A stretch of DNA of 64,000 bases from an uncultured Gammaproteobacteria bacterium (GTDB lineage Bacteria > Patescibacteriota > Patescibacteriia > Magasanikbacterales > GWA2-37-8), in the NCBI GenBank assembly GCA_964540825.1, contig CAZINT010000003.1, positions 19,250 to 83,249 on the forward strand. The letters are read 5' to 3'. The notes below the pieces were generated by a model. The model saw only the letters and a program-made list of their open reading frames with translations, ran no database searches and had not been told where the DNA came from. A program made the position numbers and the translations under genes. Positions 39,501-49,669 of the stretch are shown here, one piece after another; position 1 is the first letter of the stretch, and each line of letters starts with the position of its first letter.

Positions 39501-41463
39501 CTGAATTAGCACTGCAGCTCGTTGAAACTTGGTTATTAAAATAAACACCATTATTCACATACCCTGCCCCAGCATCAGGGCCGGTTACATCTTGCCAATT
39601 TCCTTGGGCGTCTTGTGAAAGACTATAGGCAGTACAGCCAACAGTATCTTTAGTACAAGAATTAGTATCAAGACTGCGGGCAACATACGCGCGCTGTGCA
39701 CCGGCTGTATCGGTATATGACTGACAGGTGCGGAATTGGGCGTCACAACTATCAGCGGCAAAATTCCAGCTATTTTTTTCACGCGTACAATACCCATAGT
39801 TACTGCAGCTGCCGTCTTTGTTGTAGGCCACACAGCTTGTGAGATCAACACAATCTTCTAAACGATCCGGTGCGTCGCTGCTGAGAAGATTTGCGCCATA
39901 CCCAAGCGCACTACAACGAGCTGCCGGAGCTTTAATTACCCAATTCGGATCAATAAGGTGGCAAAATGGTTTACTAATCGGGTCATAGTTGACGCCAACG
40001 ATAGCACCAGAAGCATCGGTAATATAATTACAATCATTAAAGCCCTTTACAACCGTCCCCAGTGTCCAGGGGTTATCCGGATCACTCTGACTCGCAGCAA
40101 GCTCAAAACCAAGCGGTAAAATACGCGCCTGACGCAAAACTTTAATATTGGAATAGCAATAAGCTTTGTTGTAACAATTTATATCCGCATTATCCGCTTG
40201 TCGTGACGGTGGAATCAGTCTATAGTCGGCGTGAAGCCACCCCTTATCAAGCGCGTCTTGGATGGTTGTCGGGTTTCCGTTTCCCACTTCTTGAGCGGCC
40301 TGAACCAGACCGCTATCAGCACGGCAGTTATACAGTCCGGGGGCGGTTGGACAGTTATTTAATTGGCTTAAAATATTATATTGATCGACGGCGCTCGTGT
40401 TAACAGTCAAAAAACCGTTAAAGAGCTGTTCGGCCTGACGGCGGCCACCCGATGTACCGCTGTCAGCGTAATTTCCGACTGCATTACTTAACTGGTTACA
40501 CGCGTCACCCCCCGCACCGCCAATACACAGTCCAAACGGCAAAATACCTTTCTGTTGAAAGTTTTTAAGAACCGTACCTGACAAAGTGGTTAAGAAAAAG
40601 TTGGCCAATGCCCCAGGAAGATTTTTGTAGTTACCCGAATTAATAGCGGCCGTGATTTGATCGCCGCTTTTATCAATTTGTTTTGAATTGCCAGTTGCTT
40701 TAAATTCTTCTCCAAGGACTGCGGCCGGAGTTTGAATATCGCCTGAAATAGTTGTTTTTTTATCAATAAAACCTTGGTTAGCGATACGTTCCGAGTTGGC
40801 AGCATTGACCGCATTCGCCGTACGTTCGTTCAGTTTAGCTGTGGCTGCTAGCTGAATACCAAGACCGGTCTGATCAACCTGAAAAGCGGTATTAAACTGT
40901 TGTTCAATAGATCCGGCAGCGGCCGTAAACTTACTTCTCCAGGCGTCAGCACTCCAATTCTTTTGAAAATCAGTAAACGTACAAGCAGGTTTACTGGTAG
41001 GATCGCTCGTGCCCCCACCCAAATTAACTCTAAGTCCAACCTTCATCGCTAAATCAAGTTTGGGGTCAGGAATACTGCATAAGTTAAAACCGGCACCTTT
41101 ACTTAATTCTTCAATACCGTGACCAAGCGCATCATTACCGACATTTTTGAGATAATCACCAAAACTCTTGGTCTGCGCAAAAGCGCTCTGACCTTTACCG
41201 CCACTCGCGAGCCACACCGCCGAGTCATAGGCAACTTTTCGAAGGACGTACGAAACTACCGTGCTGGCTGCTGCCTGCACCGCTACTTTTAACCCCTCTA
41301 AAATTTCATCCTTGATCTTGAAGGCATTTTCAATTGGATTTGCTGTAATGACAACCGGGATGGTTGCTTTGGCTGGCGCCGGAAAGCCAAATGAACCTAC
41401 CACACTTACAAAAGCGACCACGGCAAGCATGCCGACCAAACTCATTTTTTTAAATAGAGACAT
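33535..41463 (-). CDS. Giant (2642 aa) secreted Cys-rich surface protein with a probable carbohydrate-binding module
   Basis: Signal peptide; very many Cys with recurring C..D.DC and GC..Y/F units; a FENG...YDLTFWAKG...W.QY...YLDNIRL galactose-binding-like segment. Confidence 0.85.
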   Translation of the reverse strand: MSLFKKMSLVGMLAVVAFVSVVGSFGFPAPAKATIPVVITANPIENAFKIKDEILEGLKVAVQAAASTVVSYVLRKVAYDSAVWLASGGKGQSAFAQTKSFGDYLKNVGNDALGHGIEELSKGAGFNLCSIPDPKLDLAMKVGLRVNLGGGTSDPTSKPACTFTDFQKNWSADAWRSKFTAAAGSIEQQFNTAFQVDQTGLGIQLAATAKLNERTANAVNAANSERIANQGFIDKKTTISGDIQTPAAVLGEEFKATGNSKQIDKSGDQITAAINSGNYKNLPGALANFFLTTLSGTVLKNFQQKGILPFGLCIGGAGGDACNQLSNAVGNYADSGTSGGRRQAEQLFNGFLTVNTSAVDQYNILSQLNNCPTAPGLYNCRADSGLVQAAQEVGNGNPTTIQDALDKGWLHADYRLIPPSRQADNADINCYNKAYCYSNIKVLRQARILPLGFELAASQSDPDNPWTLGTVVKGFNDCNYITDASGAIVGVNYDPISKPFCHLIDPNWVIKAPAARCSALGYGANLLSSDAPDRLEDCVDLTSCVAYNKDGSCSNYGYCTREKNSWNFAADSCDAQFRTCQSYTDTAGAQRAYVARSLDTNSCTKDTVGCTAYSLSQDAQGNWQDVTGPDAGAGYVNNGVYFNNQVSTSCSANSAGCSAFQLASNSSSNLYLKKAPDYLGCYDSDPATKKVDYPETTADLARLAPRAECSKYAGACIPDEVSCNWYAPANGGTRIPGRFKAAEVIDNQIVWNDQCDAKCVGYAGYREMPSNYSTGQDVAYIIPASGSTCTAQEEGCSSFTNLSTALGQVENVEYYSYLRPCATPDVNVQKNFITYEGSTVGGYQLKVYTLAKDETGGPKYFYRTQSDAAAYDKICNETAYKAGQADADCRQFNDDAGAVYYRLLSKTIPVTNACTPYRLNNSELVPTTYDQTTCDAKKGFWNNNQCQVCLQGGEYKNGSCFYYGLPNGVDNTAGTSKSCQARANTCRAYKGNAGNNVREVVNDRFENGVAALAAWKPSSVQISNESTHAGEHSLGFSGSNTLIRSVGLTTNKSYDLTFWAKGDSQSLTVSLASADGTNSKDLGTVGIGDTWNQYHVGPIEYAGADPSGALVFKNDGASKVYLDNIRLVEVTGYVYLVKNTLKVDAVCDSNVNDNLPGEALGCMQYKDPSNKVFNLTGFNYLCREGAIGCTALFDTKNTPTDPGPKAYNIWLSGTGGTKVQVTIGSDTVSCQIPVGQQGCYVNAVGHTAAEIIQAAGAGSFVNSTVYIPSDTPTTTPVYLVANQAASCNVADLGCTFAGVQKATPGGMQYTTTLVKNDPAAYTNTLCQKESVGCSAFTSSAGSSYFKDPLITGQKICTYQTGVTVNGNKSNGWFWKNTGVCSNNAGKFCTANADCGGTATCQNIGSQPCYPNYIQEGSSYGLWSAGDGSRYQNFVGECPAAQNQCTEFVDPNDNNHPYYYLKNQKISSDDCDGLVDQKKGCVLFNETSNPTKFWSSEATYAAGNKLENINGVQPIAATGANQNDANILIKVARDRSCGEWLQCRSSHRVWDIKTNKWKNICDDIGRCNATPDNPSQGDLTNCANWVDTDYEYSNQVLDSELYTKRDISWKGMDFSGYSIAGIFPPEELSQVNVSTKNSSPDWRLVKTVPCGNVNCADGKTKDDVACKIVDANNPVCGNGNSGTCLNGICMKNITGKASDLNTNSIRQSCRAYPEKDSPFPYTTLTNKNSFFASANFCQETKNPSSDGTQGYLCECDYTKVNFADTLTRYWNYSNPNGSVNAADRVGDTNQGVVPGGICQGGGRDGYKCDVDDDCYKTKVANGAMTAVVDAMGNKITDGVCLKQKRSYNLLGWKGFCLEQDLSRIVNGDPTKHPCLSWLPVDSLVGSVDVNNLYPEAGYNPPANSGRYFCTQASVAGGAPLVDGKPTVVVNSNLRFGTDYTYMSPGNGNFNYDNASTGGYFVRDFIAATDQERKFTKEDIERIDFRVISGDNEDPAPDSWFSIWPNDPTPNGADPDGVQAKYKLNRLKNPNNGVTSGYVVTGKYLHSSNDFLLLYGSDNGNNGGAANNGRYVDENGNICESKNGGCDVLRGNPFKESGFESLAIGGGQMWGAHTSGKVSERNGVVYGICNGRNDASGSGNWHAVNLKFNSGPQGTLIGYDVAYCDNSGGGGNIWYEVSFKLKQLCTYVEDATLHYAQTPARGDTAPWTDRLWKSSTRPNYTVSTLGYTYDTLTAPFGSLEMGLFSPPAANSPIFMSPFQTQKVCTDMNKTVCATFFADTITKNNPAINGFTVGSPYSCPRTASNPNGLCYQTTPMGDGYTMANSVASGREISDGETSLSGLFARVYGLNYFNYTATGADRIWRTTDYPTYDITETAENPVKPPVVFPLGPCNSLEQCIEDSTEPGVTVNDRSDRDVKITSKTGHVFLKFYAFADANHMPLRKISVDWGDRPAPADYSGLYRNHRGFAPAACVQVAAGKPKQCQVSELQDKSCTSDADCGAGNTCDRDAGVNRCIVKRTTEATCSTDDDCSVAPICLASNVAPSFGRILDQTCDSSYFQFDHVYQCDARTAKVYPANECGSNPELYPNGCCKFKPAVRVEDNWGWCTGTCRAGGGCYNKPAGLNECNSDKAWIKFSRDVILPVTK

Positions 41464-41487
41464 ACCAAAGCGTAGGTCAAAGAAAAA

Positions 41488-42123
41488 TTAAGGTTGAGTA
41501 CTGCTGCTAGCTGCTTTAAGGGCAGCAAAGGCGTCTGAAGTGCTGGAAGCACTCATGGCTTCAGCGACGGTACTCAGTAAATCAGCGTCAGATACTTTTT
41601 TAAGATCAGCTTCCGCTACACCCGCTTGAAGCAGCATGGCCCTGATCTGAGCCGGATCTTGGAGAGCAGCAGTGAAGGCGGCCGGAGTTAATCCTTCGGG
41701 CGGCTCTGTAGCGACTACCGGAGTTGACGAAACAACGCCAGCGGACGATGCGGTGGTTGCGTCTGAACATTCACCCTTAGGGCAAAGAGCTAAACCTTGG
41801 GCAATAACTTGCTTGTCGCTCAGGCCGTAACTAAACGTGTCGTACAGGTACGGACTTGTTCCGTATACATAGAGTTCGTCAAAATCATTCAACCCATCAT
41901 GATCAGTATCACGATATCTGAGTGCATCAGGTGTATTTATATCATTTTTTAGGGTACTTGGAATTGTGTTATTGAGCGCAAAGGGTGCGTATAAATTGTT
42001 GCGAATTTGCAAAAAACCTAACCCAACAGCCACAACAGCAAAAATGAGCAGCAAGGAAAACCCTATTTTCTGCTCTCGAGTAATAGTTCGAACGAGACCG
42101 TCACTTTGAGGCGCGTCTGGCAT
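41488..42123 (-). CDS. Membrane-anchored protein with DxDxDG Ca-binding (TSP3-like) repeat
   Basis: TM helix; DTDHDGLNDFDELYVYGTSPY. Confidence 0.8.
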   Translation of the reverse strand: MPDAPQSDGLVRTITREQKIGFSLLLIFAVVAVGLGFLQIRNNLYAPFALNNTIPSTLKNDINTPDALRYRDTDHDGLNDFDELYVYGTSPYLYDTFSYGLSDKQVIAQGLALCPKGECSDATTASSAGVVSSTPVVATEPPEGLTPAAFTAALQDPAQIRAMLLQAGVAEADLKKVSDADLLSTVAEAMSASSTSDAFAALKAASSSTQP

Positions 42124-42202
42124 AGGTGGCCTCTCTAATTAAAATGAAACTATACTGAGTATAGCACATTTTTTAAAACCAAGTAAGTGGATAACGCTCC
42201 GG

Positions 42203-43018
42203 CTAAACGCGTTCAGCGATTGCTCGCCAGGCTGCAATAGATAATTCTTGCGCTCTGACATTGCGATCAAGCCTGAGCTCTTCGAAAAGAGCGGCGAGCG
42301 CTGCTTTTCCTTGCTCTTTAAACACCGGAGTTAAATTTTTGAACAAAAGTTTGCGCCGATTCGCAAAACCGGCTTTAACTAAAGTAAAAAATTTCTTTTC
42401 GAACACCAAGTCTCTTGCTTCTTGGCGGGGAGTAATTTTGAGGAGCGCCGAATCAACTCCGGGAACGGGCCAAAATGAGGACCGAGGCACTTTGAGTAAA
42501 TACTCAGCATCAGCATAATACTGCACAGAAATAGCCAAAAGCGACATCTCGCCAGGCTTCGCGCAAATACGTTCGGCTACCTCGTGCTGCACCATAAAAA
42601 CCATTCTTTGGGGAAGTATTTTTGCTTCCAAAAACATACGGATAACGGGCGAGGTAATTTGATATGGAAGATTCGCAATTACGCTATACTTTTCGGGCGG
42701 CACAAACTGATGCAAGGCATTTCCCCAGACTATTTCAATATTGGGATGTTGTTTTTGCTGCTTTTTCCAATATGATTCTAATTTTTTCTCAATTTCGTAT
42801 GCAACAACCTTTCCAACTTTTTCTGAAAGCGGCAGCGTGAGCACGCCAAAACCCGGACCAATTTCAACCACAGTGTCCTCTGCCCCCACATCTTCTGCCA
42901 ACATCCGTTCAATCGGTGCCGGATCAATTAAATAATTCTGACCATAACGGCGAGAAGGGGTCAGACTGTAACTGCGGCACAGGCGTTCGAGTTCGTCGGG
43001 AGAAAGAAAATGAGGCAT
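42203..43018 (-). CDS. rsmA: 16S rRNA dimethyladenosine transferase
   Basis: GQNYL, EIGPGFG, ANLPYQITS, MVQHEVAER, F.NRRK. Confidence 0.95.
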   Translation of the reverse strand: MPHFLSPDELERLCRSYSLTPSRRYGQNYLIDPAPIERMLAEDVGAEDTVVEIGPGFGVLTLPLSEKVGKVVAYEIEKKLESYWKKQQKQHPNIEIVWGNALHQFVPPEKYSVIANLPYQITSPVIRMFLEAKILPQRMVFMVQHEVAERICAKPGEMSLLAISVQYYADAEYLLKVPRSSFWPVPGVDSALLKITPRQEARDLVFEKKFFTLVKAGFANRRKLLFKNLTPVFKEQGKAALAALFEELRLDRNVRAQELSIAAWRAIAERV

Positions 43019-43019
43019 A

Positions 43020-43628
43020 TTATTCGATGCGTAAACTACCCTGCCTTAAAATTTCCATTTTTCCACCAACCACGCTTACAATCGTCGTCGGCAATTCATG
43101 GGGCAAAAGACCGGCATCAACGAGCGCATCTGGCTGATTACTTTGCCCGGCAAACATAGTTTCGATTTCTCGCGGATCATAGAGTTCCCCTGCCCCGGAA
43201 AGATTGGCAGAGGTGGCAACAACCGGGCGACCAAACCGGGCAGTGATCTCTTGCAAAAACGGAAAGCGAGTAACGCGAATCGCTACTGTGCCACCCGACG
43301 ATACGACTCCTCGGGCAAGCGGCGGAACACTAGGATCATTTTTGTATTCACCGACGATCGTAAGGGCGCCTGGCCAAAATTTTGTTGCCAAGGTTTCTAA
43401 ACAATCATTCCACAAAATGTATTCACGTGCTTTTTCTATAGTCGGCACTACAACCAGCAGGGGCTTGTCGCTCGGGCGCCCCTTGATTTTAAAAATAGCG
43501 TCGGCGGCTGCTTGATTGGTTGCATCACACCCGAGACCATAGGTTGTTTCAGTTGGAAAAATAATGGTTTTTCCCTGTGTAAGCAAGGATTGCATTGTGT
43601 CAAAATTCTTGTCGTTAAGTATTTCCAT
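43020..43628 (-). CDS. tsaC: L-threonylcarbamoyladenylate synthase
   Basis: PTETTYGL, KGRP..KPL, FWPGALT, TSANLSG. Confidence 0.95.
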   Translation of the reverse strand: MEILNDKNFDTMQSLLTQGKTIIFPTETTYGLGCDATNQAAADAIFKIKGRPSDKPLLVVVPTIEKAREYILWNDCLETLATKFWPGALTIVGEYKNDPSVPPLARGVVSSGGTVAIRVTRFPFLQEITARFGRPVVATSANLSGAGELYDPREIETMFAGQSNQPDALVDAGLLPHELPTTIVSVVGGKMEILRQGSLRIE

Positions 43629-43637
43629 ATAACAATA

Positions 43638-44708
43638 CTATTGTTTCAGCCAGCGCAAATAGGCCTCAGACAGCGGCAACAAATCCCCTTCCAACACACT
43701 CTCGGGATCGGTTGATTCAAAGTCAGTGCGGTGATCTTTTACGAGATGGTACGGGTGCAAAACATACGACCGTATTTGATTCCCCCACTCGGCAGATTTG
43801 TACTCACCGCGAAGGTCCTGCCTTTCTTGCGCCAGACGCTCTTGTTCCAAACGATACAATTTGGCTTTTAAAATCTTCATTGCTGTTTCTTTGTTCTGCT
43901 GCTGTGAGCGTTCGTTCTGACACGAGACACTGATGCCGGTTGGGATGTGCACAATCCGCACCGCGGAATACGTCGTATTAACACTTTGCCCACCTTTACC
44001 GCCCGACATAAAGGTGTCAATACGTAAATCTTTAGGTTCGATGTTTATGTTTATTTCATCGTCAACTTCGGGCAGGACTTCAATAAGCGCAAACGACGTG
44101 TGGCGCATTTTTTCGGCATCAAAGGGTGATATGCGAACGAGGCGGTGCACACCATGCTCACTTTTGAGATATCCAAAAGCGTAGCGACCGGTCACTTCAA
44201 AGGTGATAGATTTGTATCCGGCCTCAGCCCCGCGCGATTCATCGATAATGCGCGTCTTGTACCCCCGCTGCTCGCAAAAGCGAAATATCATACGCAGCAG
44301 CATTTCAACCCAGTCCTGCGCTTCGGTTCCCCCGCTTCCGGCATGCATGGAGATAATGGCATTTTTACTATCGTACGGACCATTGAGGAGCAAATAAAAT
44401 TCGTAGTCGCTAAATTCCTTGTGTAATTTTTTAAATTCAGTTTCAATTTCGTGTTTAATCGAAGCGTCTTCGGAATGAGCAAGCTCCAGAAGGTCGGACA
44501 CCTTTTTGTCGAGCTCGGACCACTTCTCTACTTCGCTTTTGATATCCTGATAATCCTGACTTACCGCCTGAGCGTTTTCCGGGGTATTCCAAAAATCGGG
44601 TGCATTCATTTGCCCGGCTAACTGTCCCATTTTTGCCTTTAAATCCGTTATTTTTAAAAGGCTCATGGTTTCGTGAATTTTTTGCTGTAATTCCTTGAGT
44701 TCTTCCAT
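43638..44708 (-). CDS. prfB: Peptide chain release factor 2 (uninterrupted ORF)
   Basis: SPF motif (RISPFD), GGQ, WGNQIRSYV. Confidence 0.96.
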   Translation of the reverse strand: MEELKELQQKIHETMSLLKITDLKAKMGQLAGQMNAPDFWNTPENAQAVSQDYQDIKSEVEKWSELDKKVSDLLELAHSEDASIKHEIETEFKKLHKEFSDYEFYLLLNGPYDSKNAIISMHAGSGGTEAQDWVEMLLRMIFRFCEQRGYKTRIIDESRGAEAGYKSITFEVTGRYAFGYLKSEHGVHRLVRISPFDAEKMRHTSFALIEVLPEVDDEININIEPKDLRIDTFMSGGKGGQSVNTTYSAVRIVHIPTGISVSCQNERSQQQNKETAMKILKAKLYRLEQERLAQERQDLRGEYKSAEWGNQIRSYVLHPYHLVKDHRTDFESTDPESVLEGDLLPLSEAYLRWLKQ

Positions 44709-44750
44709 AAAAAGTATAAATCGTTCCCATTCTAGCTTACTTTAGATCCT

Positions 44751-44779
44751 TTGACAATTAGGTTATTTTAGGCTATGTT
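44751..44779 (+). promoter_or_regulatory. Sigma70 promoter TTGACA-17-TATGTT
   Basis: Near-consensus, divergent from prfB. Confidence 0.7.
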
Positions 44780-44796
44780 GACTTTAGGAGGCTACC

Positions 44797-44919
44797 ATGA
44801 AAAACCCGTTGTCTCGCACTATCCAGCGTTTGCCGGGGTACTTTGTGCTCGGCCTGCTGTACGCAAGAGCGTTCGTCAAAGTTTTCCTTTTCGAGCACCC
44901 CAAAAGGAGGGCGTCATAA
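44797..44919 (+). CDS. 40-aa small protein MKNPLSRTIQRLPGYFVLGLLYARAFVKVFLFEHPKRRAS
   Basis: AGGAGG 5 nt before ATG; hydrophobic core; TAA overlaps the next ATG; below the ORF-track cut-off. Confidence 0.6.
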   Translation: MKNPLSRTIQRLPGYFVLGLLYARAFVKVFLFEHPKRRAS

Positions 44920-45158
44920 TGGCTGGCTTTACACCCATTTGGGAGGAAGCCAAGCAGCAGTGGGGTAACCACGCCCCGGGGCTCGCTCGGCTCGCAGGTG
45001 CAGGCCTCATCCACACCTGCAGGGTGGCGGTTAACCCCATCCTCCGCCTCGTGTTTCCGGAGTGCCGCTTTGATCGGAACTATACTCCGGAACAAGACTT
45101 TCCCCGCATCGCGAAGGTGCTGCGACGTGTCAGCAGGCTCGCCGGTCGATCCAAGTGA
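44919..45158 (+). CDS. GC-rich islet gene; 79-aa basic hypothetical protein
   Basis: AAGGAGG before ATG 44919; TAATG coupling. Confidence 0.65.
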   Translation: MAGFTPIWEEAKQQWGNHAPGLARLAGAGLIHTCRVAVNPILRLVFPECRFDRNYTPEQDFPRIAKVLRRVSRLAGRSK

Positions 45159-45240
45159 CCTGCGACTCCTTCGCCCACCCCACTCGAGGACGCCTACCCA
45201 CGGCGCCCTTCTTCTTTTTTAAGCATGCATCTTTTTAATT

Positions 45241-45268
45241 AAAAAGCACCCTGGTAAGGGTGCTTTTG
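45241..45268 (-). terminator. groEL terminator
   Basis: aaaagcaccct-ggta-agggtgctttt. Confidence 0.8.
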
Positions 45269-45286
45269 CCGCTCATTTAATACTCT

Positions 45287-47283
<1,997 letters not shown>

Positions 47284-47316
47284 ATATAAAAAATTAAATA
47301 AATAAAAGGGTACTAT

Positions 47317-47343
47317 TTATCACTCGTATAAATAGAGTGATAA
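47317..47343. promoter_or_regulatory. CIRCE-like operator TTATCACTC-N9-GAGTGATAA
   Basis: One symmetric substitution per arm versus CIRCE TTAGCACTC-N9-GAGTGCTAA; lies between the promoter and groES. Confidence 0.85.
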
Positions 47344-47354
47344 ATAATACCCTC

Positions 47355-47382
47355 ATTCTACCCTATTTCGAAGTGCTGTCAA
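47355..47382 (-). promoter_or_regulatory. groESL promoter TTGACA-16-TAGAAT
   Basis: Near-consensus, just upstream of the CIRCE-like site. Confidence 0.7.
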
Positions 47383-48658
47383 GTGGATATTTGACCTCCA
47401 GAACTAAGGGTTTAAAAATAAATCCCAAGCCGATAAACCAGAGTAATTGACCGCTCAAGAGACTATAAAGCCAGTGATCAAATAACCCAGCTACCACAAG
47501 GACAACGATAACTGCCCCCACGCTATCCCGACTTTTTAAGACGCGGATAGCTAGGTAGCCATAGCCGAAAAAAAGAATAATGCTTACCAAAATACCCCAC
47601 TCGGCCAGAAATAAAAGATAGATATTGTGAACAGGCTGGAGCTCATACGCCGTCGCTTCGGGGTGCAGTCTTGTAAGCAGCGCGGTGTACGCGCCAGGCC
47701 CCACACCCTTAAAGGGATGCGCAAAAAATATACCGGCTGATTCAACCAGCTGTGCCTGGCGCTCGGTAATGGAACGGGATTCAAGGCGGTTAGCCGGAGT
47801 CGCGCGAGCTAAAAAAAGCGGCCGCAAAATACTGATAAAAAAAATACTTACGAGCGCATACCATACTATTTGTTTTATAAAATCAGTTCGCTCCGGAGTA
47901 CGCCAAACAGCGTAGGCAAAAAAAATAATTCCAGCGCAACAAGCAATCCAGGCACCTCGCGAAAACGTAATAATAAGCCCTGAGAGTACCACCAGCTGCC
48001 CTATGGTAATCGCCAACTTTATTGCTGGTTTCTGAACTGCTAAGTAGACAACCAAACCCACAATCAAAACGACTGCCAGATATATACCCAGCGAATTCGG
48101 CGAACCAAAGCTGCCATATGCCCGAAGCCAGCGCTCGTCACCGAACTCAATCACGCTCGCCCCAAGTTCTTTGGCCGTGTGACTGGCCATGCCAAGCCAT
48201 TTATTAGCAGCAACCTGCTGGGTAAAAAATTGCATCAACGCAACTATGCCCTGGACCACTCCACCCAACCAGAGGGCAGCAAGCAATTTAAGCCTTGGCA
48301 CGGCACTTTGCTTAATCAGTACGGCAAGACAAACCCCTGCAATGAGTCGTGTTAAAAATTGGTATGAAATACCAGGATTTGTACTCAAAAAAATTTCCAG
48401 CCCTAAAAAACCAAGTACTAATACCGCAAAAAACCAAAATGATTTTTGGCGTGTTACAATCCGCGCCTTTTGCCTAAACAACGACCCAAAAGCACACACG
48501 ATAAGGAGCCCAAGCAAAAGCTCGATTCCATAGACACTCTTGGTGCCATATTCCCACGGCGCACCATTAATAAATGCCGGTTCATAGATAAACCTCGTTT
48601 GCCACGGCAGCAAAAAAAGCACCGCCAGAAGCAGATACTTAGTTATTTTCTGAAGCAT
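47363..48658 (-). CDS. O-antigen ligase (Wzy_C) family membrane protein
   Basis: RAYGSFGSPN.LG, TFSRGAW, GVGPG.Y, PVHNIYL..LAE.G. Confidence 0.88.
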   Translation of the reverse strand: MLQKITKYLLLAVLFLLPWQTRFIYEPAFINGAPWEYGTKSVYGIELLLGLLIVCAFGSLFRQKARIVTRQKSFWFFAVLVLGFLGLEIFLSTNPGISYQFLTRLIAGVCLAVLIKQSAVPRLKLLAALWLGGVVQGIVALMQFFTQQVAANKWLGMASHTAKELGASVIEFGDERWLRAYGSFGSPNSLGIYLAVVLIVGLVVYLAVQKPAIKLAITIGQLVVLSGLIITFSRGAWIACCAGIIFFAYAVWRTPERTDFIKQIVWYALVSIFFISILRPLFLARATPANRLESRSITERQAQLVESAGIFFAHPFKGVGPGAYTALLTRLHPEATAYELQPVHNIYLLFLAEWGILVSIILFFGYGYLAIRVLKSRDSVGAVIVVLVVAGLFDHWLYSLLSGQLLWFIGLGFIFKPLVLEVKYPLDSTSK

Positions 48659-49598
48659 ACCGAGTTTTAGTAATCCAGCGCTCATACTGCGCGCGCCGGG
48701 TATCATGTTCATGAAATTTTAAAATGCCATCTGACAACACCACATTATTATCTTGCAGTTTGGCCAATTCCTTAATTTTTGGCGTGATAGATTGCCATTG
48801 TACTTTTTTGGCTTCGTTTTCGATAACCATGCCGTACGCACTCCCCCACATTTTTTCTAAAATATATTTAAAAAATTTGCCTACCCTGCCCAGCCAAACC
48901 TGATTGGTCCCGGTAGTCGGCAATCCCTGTGTTTGGTACAGATGGGGCACGTACGCCTTAGTCCAAATATTTGCTTCTTTAAAACGCACAGCAAAAACAC
49001 CGGCATCATACAGCGGAATCATTTGGTGCAGCCAATACACAAAATGAATATCGTCCGGCCGCACCCGGAGCGATTCCATATTCAGATGATCGGCATCAAC
49101 AAAAAACGATAAACACATCCGGCCAGCTGTTTTGTTGCCGTACGTACGCAAACCAAAGAGGCGTAAAATACTATGTGCAAAAAAACGTACCAGCCAAATA
49201 CGCTTGGGTTCTGTAATAATGAGCACATCAATATCACTCTCACCTGTAGCGGTTTCGCTGCCGACTGAGTTACAGACCATAATTGCTTTCAAAAACGGCA
49301 ACCAACTAATAAAGCGGGCGGCGCGCCGGGCCTTTTTGAGCATCTGTTCAGTTGGTACAACATGCTGTTCACGAAGTGCAATGATACTACTTCGTCCCGG
49401 TAAAAAATAATGCCCCCCTTGAGTTTCCCATAATTTTCCGCTCTGAGCATGTAGGTAGGAACTAAAATCAGTATACGTAATTTCTGGCGGACACCACAAA
49501 TAACCAAACAACTCTTCCCTGGTTACAGGAAAATCAATAAGGTCAAAATAACTAAGTGTCTCGACAATTGCTTTGTCGAGTAAAGGCTGACCGGGCAT
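48639..49598 (-). CDS. Nucleotidyltransferase-like domain protein
   Basis: NSVG...ATGESDIDVLII pol-beta-type motif. Confidence 0.7.
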   Translation of the reverse strand: MPGQPLLDKAIVETLSYFDLIDFPVTREELFGYLWCPPEITYTDFSSYLHAQSGKLWETQGGHYFLPGRSSIIALREQHVVPTEQMLKKARRAARFISWLPFLKAIMVCNSVGSETATGESDIDVLIITEPKRIWLVRFFAHSILRLFGLRTYGNKTAGRMCLSFFVDADHLNMESLRVRPDDIHFVYWLHQMIPLYDAGVFAVRFKEANIWTKAYVPHLYQTQGLPTTGTNQVWLGRVGKFFKYILEKMWGSAYGMVIENEAKKVQWQSITPKIKELAKLQDNNVVLSDGILKFHEHDTRRAQYERWITKTRYASENN

Positions 49599-49631
49599 AT
49601 CACACATCAAAAGTACGCCTATACTACACCA

Positions 49632-49663
49632 AAAAAAGCTCCCTGAATATAGGGAGCTTTTTT
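49632..49663 (-). terminator. Terminator after yidC
   Basis: aaaaagctccct...agggagcttttt. Confidence 0.75.
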
Positions 49664-49669
49664 AAGCTT

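Noticed and set aside
44775-45158. 127-aa version of the islet ORF, and similar upstream extensions at 2929, 3776, 6214, 8024, 16421, 20987 and 22385
   Set aside because: The extensions run through promoters, leaders or neighbouring genes; downstream starts fit the SDs or operon packing better.
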